Below the pieces are notes generated by a model. The model did not search any database and was not told the origin of the DNA. It was given only the letters and a program-made list of their open reading frames with translations. A DNA stretch of 64,000 nucleotides, taken from positions 19,468,001 to 19,532,000 of the forward strand of contig OZ024745.1 of the NCBI GenBank assembly GCA_964016885.1, given 5' to 3'. Shown here piece by piece: positions 39,519 through 53,448 of the stretch; position 1 is the stretch's first letter, and the number at the start of each line of letters is the position of its first letter. This stretch comes from Eledone cirrhosa. Taxonomy: Eukaryota. Position numbers and translations under genes: made by a program.

Positions 39519-40344
39519 TAGCGGGTGGATACGAACATTTCTAAAAACACCGGACAGAGTGCCTTGTGGTATTTGCTACATCTCTTTATTTTCCGAGACG
39601 AGGTCAAATTCCGTAATTACTTGTAACAGATAGGTTGTTTCGAAGTGAGAAGCCATTATTCAAATGTGAGTTGCTTGTCATGATTCAGTGTGCAGCTTAC
39701 CAAGTAACATTACCCTAAACAGATAACGTACTTATCGTCGAATTAAAAATTCTTTAATTGCGCCGCCGATTATTACAACGACGCATTACACAGCGGGAGA
39801 TTTTCAGGAAAAACAATAGTTACTTAACTCAATAGAATGATATAAGCACTTGGCTTATACAGAAAATATAAAGGTGACTTGGTATAACACAACGTTTAGC
39901 TTAAAGGTCGATTTAAATATTGCTTGACATTTCCTAAATTTAATGAGCAAACAATTCTCCACAAACCATTTGAATTGACAAAACCTGTAATAGAAGTAAC
40001 ATCAAGTTAAGCTATAGAATTTCTTATAACTTTGATTCTTCTTTGACTAGAAACAACAGTGAAAGCCTAACACATATATACACAAAAACCTCTGCCACAA
40101 AACAATGCTTTTGCTACTAAGATTTGCGACAAGAAACAGGAGTGGATAAAGTGGAGGCAAGCTATTCAAATGGTTCCACAGGAAGAAGGGAAATATAAAT
40201 AGACTTTCGTCAAAAAGTAAGTGTAGAAGAAATAGAACAGAAAAACAGGTTTTATCTCTTTCGAAGTGATGTATTGAAAGAAAGGATAAGAGAATTAGGG
40301 ACGAGTAATTGAGGATGCGTCAGCAACCGGAGAAGAGAGAGAGC

Positions 40345-40386
<42 letters not shown>

Positions 40387-40389
40387 GAG

Positions 40390-40481
<92 letters not shown>

Positions 40482-40758
40482 TGATAGACGGTATCCTGGT
40501 AAGTATACTGTTAGATAATCAAAGAAGTACCACGTAAGGTGACAAAATTAATTGCAAAGTTGCATACGGATAAAAAACTAAATATGTAAAATGTGAGTCG
40601 AAGAAAAGCATCTTTTTTTCTGGTCACCACCTCCTAGGCAATGCATAAGGGTGGAATTGCATCATACTGAGCCCATGATTAAAAAAACATGTACATACCA
40701 CATAAACAGAAACCTATATTCTCACACACAATGTTAACCGATTTTATTAACTCTTTGA

Positions 40759-40964
40759 ATTGGCAGTATCGGTAGAGTGTCAGACAAAATGATTTGCGGC
40801 ATAGAGTTACGGCCCTTTATGATCTGAGTTCAAATACCGCCGAGGTTAGCATTGCTTTTCACCCTTACGCAATCGATAAAATAAAGTACCAGTAATGCAC
40901 AGGGGTCGATTTAATCGACTTTCTCCTCGCCCGAATTGCTGGCCTTGTGCTTAAATCTGAAACC
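40759..40964 (+). mobile_element. SINE family A (long-tail variant)
   Basis: A and B boxes, body, extra ggggtcgatttaatcgact segment. Confidence 0.8.
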
Positions 40965-41029
40965 ATTATTAACCATTTCTTCTGAAGGCTGCCACCCTAC
41001 TCCTACCCTAATATGTCGTCCGCCAACTG

Positions 41030-41160
41030 GTCCCGACCGACAGGATGGAGAAGACCTTTCCCCGGAGGATGGCGATGGAGACGTGCTGGAAAAGCCACTC
41101 TGATAGCAGTTGAGCAGGGATGTGGTCCTGGCAGGGATCAAGAACGCCGAAAGTCCCTAA
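41030..41160 (-). pseudogene. Second CRE-like endonuclease fragment
   Basis: DNA similar to 16500-16670 (cgacaggatggagaagacctttccccggaggatggcg vs cgacagaatggagaaggcgtttccccggaggacggcg). Confidence 0.65.
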
Positions 41161-41251
41161 TGTTGCAGGCTCAACTATAAACCGCGGATCAGAGAGCGGA
41201 TGTAAAGTGGAATTTTACCAGAAATATTGCTTATTAAAAGTTTGAAACAAC

Positions 41252-41293
<42 letters not shown>

Positions 41294-41395
41294 CATACAA
41301 CCACACACTGCTATACACATACATACACAAACCCTGCTCCTAAACCACCACCACCCCTATCATCATATCCACGTTACGAAACTGATACAGCCTTA

Positions 41396-41441
<46 letters not shown>

Positions 41442-41564
41442 CACGTTACAAAACTGATATCTCAGAACTACAGAAGTTCGGGTAAATTGTAACGTTTATT
41501 TTTAGTTGGCAGTGTTCAGATTTCGGAAACGGTAGACCAAAATAGCTTGAAGATGCAACTGTAT

Positions 41565-41642
41565 GTAGTAGTAGTAGTGGTGGAGGTGGTGGTGCTGGTG
41601 GTGGTGGTAGTGGTGGTGGCGGTGGTGGTAGTGTTGATGGTT

Positions 41643-41713
<71 letters not shown>

Positions 41714-43352
41714 GGTAGTGGTGGTGGTGGTAATAGTAGTAGTAGTAGCAGTAGTAGTAGTAGTAGTGGTGATGGTGGTAGTGGTGGTAGTGATGGTGGT
41801 AATGGTGGTGGTAGTTGCTGTTGTTGGCAGTGTTGTAATTACTGATGATGTTGTTACCGTTGTTGTTGTTGCAGCTGGTGTTGTTGTTGTTTTTGTTGAC
41901 CCTGTTCTATTATATATAATCCAGTAATTCAAATTGCCAGGTGAGCTTCTACCTCCCTACCTACCTCCTTACCTACCTACCTCTCTACCTACCTACCTAC
42001 CTACCTACCTCCCTCCCTACCTACCTACCTCCCTCCCTCCCTACCTACCTACCTACCCACCTACCTACCTACCTCCCTCCCTACCTACCTACCTACCCCC
42101 TACCTACCTACCTACCTACCTCCCTACCTACCTACCTCCCTCCCTCCCTACCTACCTACCTACCCACCTACCTACCTACCTCCCTCCCTACCTACCTACC
42201 TACCCCCTACCTACCTACCTACCTACCTACCTCTCTACCTACCTCCCTACCTACCTACCTCCCTCCCTCCCTACCTACCTACCTACCCACCTACCTACCT
42301 ACCTCCCTCCCTACCTACCTACCCCCTACCTACCTACCTACCTACCTACCTCCCTACCTACCTACCTCCCTCCCTCCCTACTTACCTACCTACCCAACTA
42401 CCTACCTACCTCCCTCCCTACCTACCCACCTACCCACCTACCTCCCTCCCTCCCTACCTCCCTACCTCCCTACCTACCTACCTCCCTATCTACCTACCTC
42501 CCTACCTACCTACCTCCCTCCCTACCTACCTACCTACCTACCCACCTACCTACCTACCTCCTTCCCTACCTACCTACCCACCTACATAGCTACCTACCCC
42601 TACCTACCTACCCACCTACATAGCTACCTACCCCTACCTACCTACCCACCTACCTACCTACCTACCTACCTACCTACCCACCTACCCACCTACCTCCCCC
42701 CTCCCTACCTATCTACCTATCTACCTACCTCCCTCCCTCCCTACCTACCTACCCACCTACCCACCTACCTACCTCCCTCCCTCCCTCCCTCCCTCCCTCC
42801 CTACCTACCTACCCACCTACCTACCTCCCTCCCTACCCACCTACCTACCTCCCTCCCTACCCACCTACCTACCCCCCTCCCTACCTACCTACCCACCCAC
42901 CTACCTATCTATCTACCTACCTACCCACCTACCTACCTACCAACCTACCTCCCTACTTACCTACCTACATACCTACCTACCCACCTACCTACCTACCTAC
43001 CTACCTACCTACCTACCTACCCACCCACCTACCTACCTACCTACCCACCTACCTACCGACCTACCTACCTACCTACCTACCTACCTACCTACCTACCTAC
43101 CGACCTACCTACCTACCTACCTACCGACCTACCTACCTACCTACCTACCTACCTACTTACCTACCTACCTACCTACCTACCTACCTACCTACCTACCTAC
43201 TTACCTACTTACCTACCTACCTACCTACCAACCTACCTCCCTACCTACCTACCTACCTACCTACCTACATACCTACCTACCCACCTACCTACCTACCCAC
43301 CTACCCACCTATCTACCGACCTACCTACATACACACCTACCTACATACCTAC
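41565..43352. repeat. (GTA/GTG/GTT)n tract followed by ~1.4-kb (CCTA)n tract
   Basis: Direct reading. Confidence 0.93.
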
Positions 43353-43900
43353 CCGATTTAAGGAACGCTTCCTGAACCACCAGTCGATCTTTAGGTACCC
43401 GGACAAACGATCCTCCACGAAACTGGCGAGCCGCGTATGGTCCCTCAAGGAGTCAAGTATAGACTACTCCATTCAATGGAAAGCCATCACTAATTCAAAG
43501 CCATACGCAAGGGGCAATCCGTCTTGTGGACTATGTATTGATGAATGGATAGATATTCTAAGGAGATTACGCAATAGCGATTGACTGAACTCAAGGAATG
43601 AAATCTTCACACGTTGTCCACATGTCTGGAAACACCTCTTACATAACTACAAAGCTCCGGATTGAATAACAACACCCTAATTTTCTTATCAACTAGAACT
43701 ACTTTTCGGACTTTCGCAGTTATCTTCCTTACACCTTTCGCCCGTGGTTTTGTATTGCTTGGGTGAAGTGACCGTTTCTGCACATGCGCGTTCATACGGT
43801 TGTCCTTCCTATTCCGTATAACCATGACCATTACGAGCTGAGGATCCGCTAAGGTGAAACAATTGTTCTCGGTATGGTAACTAACTGTTGTGTTACCACT

Positions 43901-43903
<3 letters not shown>
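43351..43903 (+). mobile_element. PLE 3' fragment: GIY-YIG C-terminus, 3' UTR and HHR
   Basis: [13 protein letters not shown]...[10 protein letters not shown]...CGLCIDE...NSRNEIFTRCPH, homologous to the endonuclease at 36377-36997. HHR cgag-CTGAGGA(43838)-tccgctaaggt-GAAAC-aatt-GTT-ctcg. Confidence 0.85.
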
Positions 43904-43932
<29 letters not shown>

Positions 43933-43933
43933 C

Positions 43934-44274
43934 ATTAGAAATGTAAGCTATCGCCGTATTTTGACTAAAGAAATTAAAGAAATTATTTAGCCTGATAGTG
44001 GGGTGAAGAACCCTCGGAGAAATGGAAAAAGATGAGTATTGACGTACATGGGGGTCCAAAGATGTGGATTCGACTCCCATGTACGACTCCCGGATAACCA
44101 AAGACGTGGGTTCGACTCCCATGTACGTCAATACTCATCTTTTTCTTCTCCGAGGGTTCTTAACCCCACTATCAGGCTAAATAATTTATTTTATTTATTT
44201 AGTCAAAATACGGCGATAGCTTACATTTCTAATAATTTCAAACCAACTCGCTGTTTCGAAAATATTCTTACTTG

Positions 44275-44275
<1 letters not shown>
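43934..44275. mobile_element. Head-to-head palindromic element with tRNA B-box (copy 1)
   Basis: Arms 43934-44052 and 44118-44233, unpaired 3' tail to 44275; ggttcgactccc at 44109-44120; (TA)n on both sides. Confidence 0.75.
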
Positions 44276-44337
<62 letters not shown>

Positions 44338-44345
<8 letters not shown>

Positions 44346-44577
44346 GACAAACGGGACGCCATATGGCGGATCGTTTTGCCGAGCATTTGAGGGTTTGGAT
44401 ACTCCTGTCTCCCGTCATTTCTGTTCTCCTGGTCATTCTTCCCTACATGTTTCAGTCCTGGATGTCCTTTTACATCATGGACCACAGGCCTCGCGCACCA
44501 GGACTGAACAAAGTATGATTCACCTCCTTGGGTCCTATTCCCCTCTTGGACTCAACTCACTTCCGCAATTTCTCTAA
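44338..44577 (+). pseudogene. PLE GIY-YIG C-terminal fragment (Neptune/Poseidon-like)
   Basis: YIGQTGRHMADRFAEHL, then after a frameshift PVSRHFCSPGH...EQSMIHLLGSYSPLGLN. Confidence 0.8.
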
Positions 44578-44817
44578 TACTCCTTCCATTATCACCCCTA
44601 GATTCATATCGCTTTTTCTTGATCATTAACATCTTCTCTTACAACTAATACAGGCCGACTATATATGCTCACTCCACTTTTCCCTTCACTGCTCTGTATA
44701 TACACATACACACCCTTATATTAACATACTTTTGCTCATAGCTTCGTACTTACATGCACACACACTCTTTTACTTACATATACACACACATTTCTTCTTA
44801 GCTTCGTACGGACGTAT

Positions 44818-44896
<79 letters not shown>

Positions 44897-45131
44897 TGCA
44901 CATGCTTACGCACATGCACAAGTATAGCTCTTTTTACAAAACGTTTTTTTTTCTATTTCAGGTAGACGCGCTCCATCATCCACTTTTCTAAAAGATAAAT
45001 CATACACAAAACGCCAGCACCAACAGTTTTGCAAGAGATGTCAACATGAATGGACTTGTTACTTTTATCTAGAGACATATTTTCCAATTCCAACCCACCC
45101 GTCCCCTCAATATATCTTATTTCTCATTCTT

Positions 45132-45167
45132 TCTTCTGATGAAGGACTAGTGTCCGAAACGTTAAGA
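45132..45167 (+). ncRNA. Minimal type I hammerhead ribozyme
   Basis: tctt-CTGATGA(45136-45142)-a-ggac-tagt-gtcc-GAAAC-GTT-aaga; palindromic AACGTT in place of stem III. Confidence 0.8.
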
Positions 45168-45558
45168 CCCTCTTTCTGCTATATCAAGCGTTAACCTAAT
45201 ATATCCCTTCCATATACTGTACCGATTGAGTCGATCGATTGGTTATTGATTAGGCGATACCCGCTGATGAAGCCACATGCACCGATTATGAATTGTTGCA
45301 TAATATATGCAGACAGGGGACTAGCATAGGCAACCGTTTTACGTATGTTGTATTGAAGCGAATAACTGTGTATACTCTGGGAATATATCGTACATTACCT
45401 ATTGAGTACGCTGAGATACAACCGGTCCTGGCATTGATAAATATGCTGGGTCCGTCAACTTATTATATATATATATATATATATTTGAAAAAAAAAGAAA
45501 CGAATGACTTCACTTGTAGTTCTAAATAATTTGATTTAATTTTATAATATTATATATA

Positions 45559-46015
45559 CTAGCAGAAAAACCACCCAACGAGTGGTTTTCTGCTAGCATG
45601 TGTAGTGTTGATATTATACACAAATATATATGCATATAGATATGATACATCAAATAAAATCATAATTGACAATATATAATACACAGAAATGAACGAAGTC
45701 TATGTTACACTGTCTTCTGTAATCAGTAATCCATGATATATTAAAAAGAATTAGCGACGGAAATATATGCGATATTTTTATAAGTGTTATAATATAACGG
45801 CCGCTAACCGGAAGTGTGGACATTTGAAAATTTTAAAGAGGTGAATCTTTAAATAAGCTATAAAATATATTTAATCAACAGCCACGAAATTTAGTACATA
45901 AATTATGTAATATTCATTCATTATATATTCAAAGTAATCCAACTTATTTTACAAACGGGGTAAAAAAATATATTCTGGACGCAGTCCCGCACTCCTTTCT
46001 TTATTATAGTTAAGA
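45559..46015 (-). mobile_element. Non-autonomous Helitron, copy 1
   Basis: Minus strand starts A|TC and ends with hairpin gcagaaaaccac...gtggtttttctg plus CTAG|T; homologous to 54637-55116 with the same boundaries. Confidence 0.82.
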
Positions 46016-46029
46016 TGTATATATAGTGC

Positions 46030-46212
46030 GGTGGATTGGCAGTATCGGTAGAGGGTCGGACGCCATGCTTTGACGCATAGAGTTACGGCCCTTGCCATTT
46101 TCAGTTCAAATCCCGCCGAGGTTAACTTTGCCTTTCATCCTTACGGAGTCGATGAAATAAAGTACCAGTAATACACTGGGATAATTGCTGGACTTGTACC
46201 AAAAGTAGAAAC
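46030..46212 (+). mobile_element. SINE family A, full length
   Basis: Near-identical to 55638-55819. Confidence 0.9.
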
Positions 46213-46371
46213 AATTATATATATATACACTCTGCTTGCGCACCGAGAGCTCATATTGGTAACACCACCAATACTTCACTAAATAACACTATATATATAT
46301 ATATGGGTGTGCGTGTGTGTGTGTGTGCGTGTGTGTAACTACTTTCTCTTTAATAAGCTATCTTGTACTTT

Positions 46372-46427
46372 GTTCTCTCTGTCTCTCACTCTCTCTTCTC
46401 TCTCTCTCTCTCTCTCTCACACTCTAT

Positions 46428-46467
<40 letters not shown>

Positions 46468-46568
46468 TCTCTCTTCTTTCTCTCTCTCTCTCTACCTCTC
46501 TTCTTTCTCTCTCTCTCTCGCTCTCTCACTCTCTCTTCTTTCTCTCTCTAGCCTCTCGCTCACTCGCT

Positions 46569-46599
<31 letters not shown>

Positions 46600-47530
46600 C
46601 TCTCACTCTCTCTTCTTTCTCACTCTCGCCCCTCTCTCTCTCGCTTCTCTCTCTCTCTCTCTCTCTTACTCTCTCTTCTTTCTTTAACTCTTTATCCTCC
46701 CTCCCACTCATATTTCGTCCTTTCTACACTTATTATATCAGAATTTCACTCTTTCCACCACCACCACTATCACAACCACCACCACCACCACCAATACCAT
46801 CACAACAACAACAACCAACACCACCACAACCACCACCACCATCACCATCACAACCACAACCACCACCACCACCACCACCACGTCCACCAAAACAACCACC
46901 ACCACCACAACAACAACAACAACAACCACCACCACAACCACCACAACAACTACCACCACCACCACAACAACAACAACAACCACCACAACCACCACCACCA
47001 CCACAACAACAACCACAACAACCACCACCACCACAACCACCACAACAACCACCACAACCACCACAACAACCACCGCCACCACAACCACCACCACAACCAC
47101 CACCACCACCACAACCACCACTACCACTACCACCACCACCACCACAACCACCACCACTACAACAACAACAACCACCACCACCACCACCACGTCCACCACA
47201 ACAACCACCACCACTACAACAACAACAACACCACCACCACCACACCACCACACAACAACACAACAACAACCACACCCACCACCCACACACCACCACATAC
47301 CACCACCACCACAACCACCTACCAACCTACCACCACCACCCACCACAACACCACCACCACCACAACCACACCACACAACAACCACCAAACCACACCACCA
47401 CCCACCACCTGCCCCACCACCACCACTACCACCACCACCACCACAACAACCACCACCACATCTACCACAACAACCACCACTACCACCACCACCACCACCA
47501 CCACGACCACCACTACCACCACCACCACCG
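46372..47530. repeat. (CT)n tract then (CCA/CAA)n tract
   Basis: Direct reading. Confidence 0.9.
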
Positions 47531-47597
47531 CTTCCACAAACTCTTCAAGCGGGATAACTTGACTCCATTTCGTATTAAGAATACTTTCGCTGTAAAC

Positions 47598-50500
47598 TCC
47601 TCACTTCGATATAGAGAGGTGGGTGATAAACCTGACTTTGATATAGAGAGGTGGGTGATAAACCTCACTTTGATATAGAGAGGTGGGTGATAAACCTGAC
47701 TTTGATATAGAGAGGTGGGTGATAAACCTCACTTTGATATAGAGAGGTGGGTGATAAAACTCACTTTGATATAGAGAGGTGGGTGATAAACCTCACTTTG
47801 ATATAGAGAGGTGGGTGATAAACCTCACTTTGATATAGAGAGGTGGGTGATAAACCTCACTTTGATATAGAGAGGTGGGTGATAAACCTCACTTTGATAT
47901 AGAGAGGTGGATGATAAACTTCACTTTGATATAGAGAGGTGGGTGATAAACCTCACTTTGATATAGAGAGGTGGGTGATAAACCTCACTTTGATATAGAG
48001 AGGTGGGTGATAAACCTCACTTTGATATAGAGAGGTGGATGATAAACTTCACTTTGATATAGAGAGGTGGGTGATAAACCTCACTTTGATATAGAGAGGT
48101 GGATGATAAACCTCGCTTTGATATAGAGAGGTGGGTGATAAACCTCACTTTGATATAGAGAGGTGGGTGATAAACCTCACTTTGATATAGAGAGGTGGGT
48201 GATAAACCTCACTTTGATATAGAAGGTGGGTGATAAAACTCACTTTGATATAGAGAGGTGGGTGATAAACCTCACTTTGATATAGAGAGGTGGGTGATAA
48301 ACCCCACTTTGATATAGAGAGGTGCCTGATAAACCTCACTTTGATATAGAGAGGTGGGTGATAAACCTCACTTTGATATAGAGAGGTGGGTGATAAACCT
48401 TTGATATAGAGAGGTGGGTGATAAACCTCACTTTGATATAGAGAGGTGGGTGATAAACCTCACTTTGATATAGAGAGGTGGGTGATAAACCTGACTTTGA
48501 TATAGAGAGGTGGGTGATAAACCTCACTTTGATATAGAGAGGTGGGTGATAAAACTCACTTTGATATAGAGAGGTGGGTGTGATATAGAGAGGTGGGTGA
48601 TAAACCTCACTTTGATATAGAGAGGTGGGTGATAAACCTCACTTTGATATAGAGAGGTGGATGATAAACTTCACTTTGATATTTAGAGGTGGGTGATAAA
48701 CCTCACTTTGATATAGAGAGGTGGGTGATAAACCTCACTTTGATATAGAGAGGTGGGTGATAAACCTCACTTTGATATAGAGAGGTGGATGATAAACTTC
48801 ACTTTGATATAGAGAGGTGGGTGATAAACCTCACTTTGATATAGAGAGGTGGATGATAAACCTCGCTTTGATATAGAGAGGTGGGTGATAAACCTCACTT
48901 TGATATAGAGAGGTGGGTGATAAACCTCACTTTGATATAGAGAGGTGGGTGATAAACCTCACTTTGATATAGAAGGTGGGTGATAAAACTCACTTTGATA
49001 TAGAGAGGTGGGTGATAAACCTCACTTTGATATAGAGAGGTGGGTGATAAACCCCACTTTGATATAGAGAGGTGCCTGATAAACCTCACTTTGATATAGA
49101 GAGGTGGGTGATAAACCTCACTTTGATATAGAGAGGTGGGTGATAAACCTTTGATATAGAGAGGTGGGTGATAAACCTCACTTTGATATAGAGAGGTGGG
49201 TGATAAACCTCACTTTGATATAGAGAGGTGGGTGATAAACCTCACTTTGATATAGAGAGGTGGGTGATAAACCTCACTTTGATATAGAGAGGTGGGTGAT
49301 AAAACTCACATTGATATAGAGAGGTGGGTGATACACCTCACTTTGATATAGAGAGGTGGGTGATAAACCTCACTTTGATATAGAGAGGTGGGTGATAAAC
49401 CTCACTTTGATATAGAGAGGTGGGTGATAAACCTCACTTTGATAAAGAGAGGTGGATGATAAACCTCACTTTGATATAGAGAGGTGGGTGATAAACCTCA
49501 CTTTGATATAGAGAGGTGGGTGATAAACCTCACTTTGATATAGAGAGGTGGATGATAAACCTCACTTTGATATAGAGAGGTGGGTGATAAACCTCACTTG
49601 GATATAGAGGGGTGGGTGATAAACCTCACTTTGATATAGAGAGGTGGGTGATAAACCTCACTTTGATATAGAGAGGTGGGTGATAAACCTCACTTTGATA
49701 TAGAGAGGTGGGTGATAAAACTCACTTTGATATAGAGAGGTGGGTGATAAACCTCACTTTGATATAGAGAGGTGGCTGATAAACCTCACTTTGATATAGA
49801 GAGGTGGCTGATAAACCTCACTTTGATATAGAGAGGTGGGTGATAAACCTCACTTTGATATAGAGAGGTGGATGATAAACCTCACTTTGATATAGAGAGG
49901 TGGGTGATAAACCTCACTTTGATATAGAGAGGTGGATGATAAACCTCACTTTGATATAGAGAGGTGGGTGATAAACCTCACTTTGATATAGAGAGGTGGG
50001 TGATAAACCTCACTTTGATATAGAGAGGTGGGTGATAAACCTCACTTTGATATAGAGAGGTGGGTGATAAAACTCACTTTGATATAGAGAGGTGGGTGAT
50101 AAACCTCACTTTGATAAAGAGAGGTGGGTGATAAACCTCACTTTGATATAGAGAGGTGGCTGATAAACCTCACTTTGATATAGAGAGGTGGCTGATAAAC
50201 CTCACTTTGATATAGAGAGGTGGGTGATAAACCTTTGATATAGAGAGGTGGGTGATAAACCTCACTTTGATATAGAGAGGTGGGTGATAAACCTCACTTT
50301 GATATAGAGAGGTGGGTGATAAACCTCACTTTGATATAGAGAGGTGGGTGATAAACCTCACTTTGATATAGAGAGGTGGGTGATAAAACTCACATTGATA
50401 TAGAGAGATGGGTGATACACCTCACTTTGATATAGAGAGGTGGGTGATAAACCTCACTTTGATATAGAGAGGTGGGTGATAAACCTCACTTTGATATAGA

Positions 50501-51651
50501 GAGGTGGGTGATAAACCTCACTTTGATATAGAGAGGTGGATGATAAACCTCACTTTGATATAGAGAGGTGGGTGATAAACCTCACTTTGATATAGAGAGG
50601 TGGATGATAAACCTCACTTTGATATAGAGAGGTGGGTGATAAACCTCACTTTGATATAGAGAGGTGGGTGATAAACCTCACTTTGATATAGAGAGGTGGG
50701 TGATAAACCTCACTTTGATATAGAGAGGTGGGTGATGAACCTCACTTTGATATAGAGAGGTGGGTGATAAAACTCACTTTGATATAGAGATGTGGCTGAT
50801 AAACCTCACTTTGATATGGAGAGGTGGCTGATAAACCTCACTTTGATATAGAGAGGTGGCTGATAAACCTGACTTTGATATAGAGAGGTGGGTGATAAAC
50901 CTGACTTTGATATAGAGAGGTGGGTGATAAACCTTTGATATAGAGAGGTGGGTGATAAACCTCACTTTGATATAGAGAGGTGGGTGATAAACCTCACTTT
51001 GATATAGAGAGGTGGGTGATAAACCTCACTTTGATATAGAGAGGTGGGTGATAAACCTCACTTCGATAAAGAGAGGTGGGTGAGAAACCTTTGATATAGA
51101 GAGGTGGGTGATAAACCTCACTTTGATATAGAGAGGTGGGTGATAAACCTCACTTTGATATAGAGAGGTGGGTGATAAACCTCACTTTGATATAGAGAGG
51201 TGGGTGATAAACCTCACTTCGATAAAGAGAGGTGGGTGAGAAACCTTTGATATAGAGAGGTGGGTGATAAACCTCACTTTGATATAGAGAGGTGGGTGAT
51301 AAACCTCACTTTGATATAGAGAGGTGGATGATAAACCTCACTTTGATATAGAGAGGTGGATGATAAACCTCACTTTGATATAGAGAGGTGGGTGATAAAC
51401 CTCACTTTGATATAGAGAGGTGGGTGATAAACCTCACTTTGATATAGAGAGGTGGGTGATAAACCTCACTTAGATATAGAGAGGTGGGTGATAAACCTCA
51501 CTTTGATATAGAGAGGTGGGTGATAAACCTCACTTTGATATAGAGAGGTGGATGATAAACCTCACTTTGATGTAGAGAGGTGGGTGATAAACCTCACTTT
51601 GATATAGAGAGGTGGGTGATAAACCTTTGATATAGAGAGGTAGGTGATAAA
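47598..51651. repeat. ~4-kb satellite of a 32-bp unit (cctcactttgatatagagaggtgggtgataaa), roughly 125 copies
   Basis: Direct periodicity with recurrent variants. Confidence 0.97.
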
Positions 51652-51763
51652 GGTTGGCGAAATTCGTTTTAATATCAGTTTGAAGTTCCACATATTCACT
51701 TGTTGAGCCAACTTTGTAAATGTTACATACGTAGCAAAACTGAGAAGAACAGTTATTGCTTTA

Positions 51764-51889
<126 letters not shown>

Positions 51890-51964
51890 TCTGTATGTGT
51901 ATATATATATATATGTGTGTGTATGTATGTAAAAGATAAACAGAAATAACAACACATTCGGTAC

Positions 51965-52010
<46 letters not shown>

Positions 52011-52148
52011 TATGTATTTGTATATATGTGTATGTATATTGGTTAAATTCATATCTTCTCGTAAAATGATTTGGTTTTATAATAATTTATAAATATAACA
52101 TTCCTATATGGTCCACACATGTTTTGTCAGATATGTTGTATAATAATG

Positions 52149-52529
52149 GTTTCTACTTTAGGCACAAGGCCAGCAATTATCCCAGTACTTTAGTTTATCG
52201 ACCCCGTAAGGATGAAAGGCAAAGTCAACCTCGGCGGGATTTGAACTCAGATTGTAAAGGGACGTAACTATGCTGGAAAGCATGGCGTCCGACCCTCTAC
52301 CGAAACTTTGTATAATAATGGTTTCTTATATAGGCACAAGGCCAGTAATTTGGGGGAGGGGAAAGTCGATTTAATAGACTCCAGTGCGTGACTGGTACTT
52401 TATTTTATCGACGCCCGTAAGGATGAAAGGCAAAGTTAACCTCGGCGGGATTTGAACTCAGATCATAAAGGGACGTAACCCAATGCTGCAAAGCATGACG
52501 TCCGACCATCTACCGATACTGCCAATCCA
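52149..52529 (-). mobile_element. Two adjacent SINE family A copies (52149-52303, 52321-52529)
   Basis: Reverse complements of the consensus; short- and long-tail variants. Confidence 0.88.
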
Positions 52530-52685
52530 CATAAAAATGTTGATGCCTGTGTTTAGAAATATGTCTTGCTCTTGGAGACGTTATATAATTAACCCCGTTC
52601 TTCTTTCCGGTCTTCGGGTGATATTTTTCGGGGTGATCAGTAACTTACTGAAGATTAGGGAAAGTCCTTTTATTCTGTTCTGTAA

Positions 52686-53448
52686 CAATAGTGACCTCTG
52701 GTACTATCAGCAATAGTGACCTCTGGTACTATCAACAATAGTGACCTCTGGTACTATCAACAATAGTGACCTCTGATACTATCAGCAATAGTGACCTCTG
52801 GTACTATCAGCAATAGTGACCTCTGGTACTATCAACACTAGGGACCTCTGGTACTATCAACAATAGTGACCTCTGGTACTATCAACACTAGTGACCTCTG
52901 GTACTATCAACACTAGTGACCTCTGGTACTATCAACAATAGTGACCTCTGGTACTATCAGCAATAGTGACCTCTGGTACTATCAACAATAGTGACCTCTG
53001 GTACTATCAACACTAGGGACCTCTGGTACTATCAACAATAGTGACCTCTGGTACTATCAGCAATAGTGACCTCTGGTACTATCAACACTAGTGACCTCTG
53101 GTACTATCAACAATAGTGACCTCTGGTACTATCAGCAATAGTGACCTCTGGTACTATCAGCAATAGTGACCTCTGGTACTATCAACACTAGGGACCTCTG
53201 GTACTATCAACAATAGTGACCTCTGGTACTATCAACACTAGTGACCTCTGGTACTATCAACAATAGTGACCTCTGGTACTATCAACAATAGTGACCTCTG
53301 GTACTATCAACAATAGTGACCTCTGGTACTATCAACACTAGTGACCTCTGGTACTATCAACAATAGTGACCTCTGGTACTATCAACACTAGCGACCTCTG
53401 CTACTATCAACACTAGCGACCTCTGCTACTATCAACACTAGTGACCTC
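52686..53448. repeat. 25-bp minisatellite (caatagtgacctctggtactatcaa), ~30 copies
   Basis: Direct periodicity, no spacers. Confidence 0.95.

Noticed and set aside
41950-43350. Telomere-like repeat
   Set aside because: Unit is CCTA/CCCT, not CCCTAA.
47598-51651. CRISPR-like 32-bp repeats
   Set aside because: Head-to-tail units with no unique spacers, no cas genes, eukaryotic context.
52686-53448. CRISPR-like hairpin 25-mer array
   Set aside because: No spacers; simple minisatellite.
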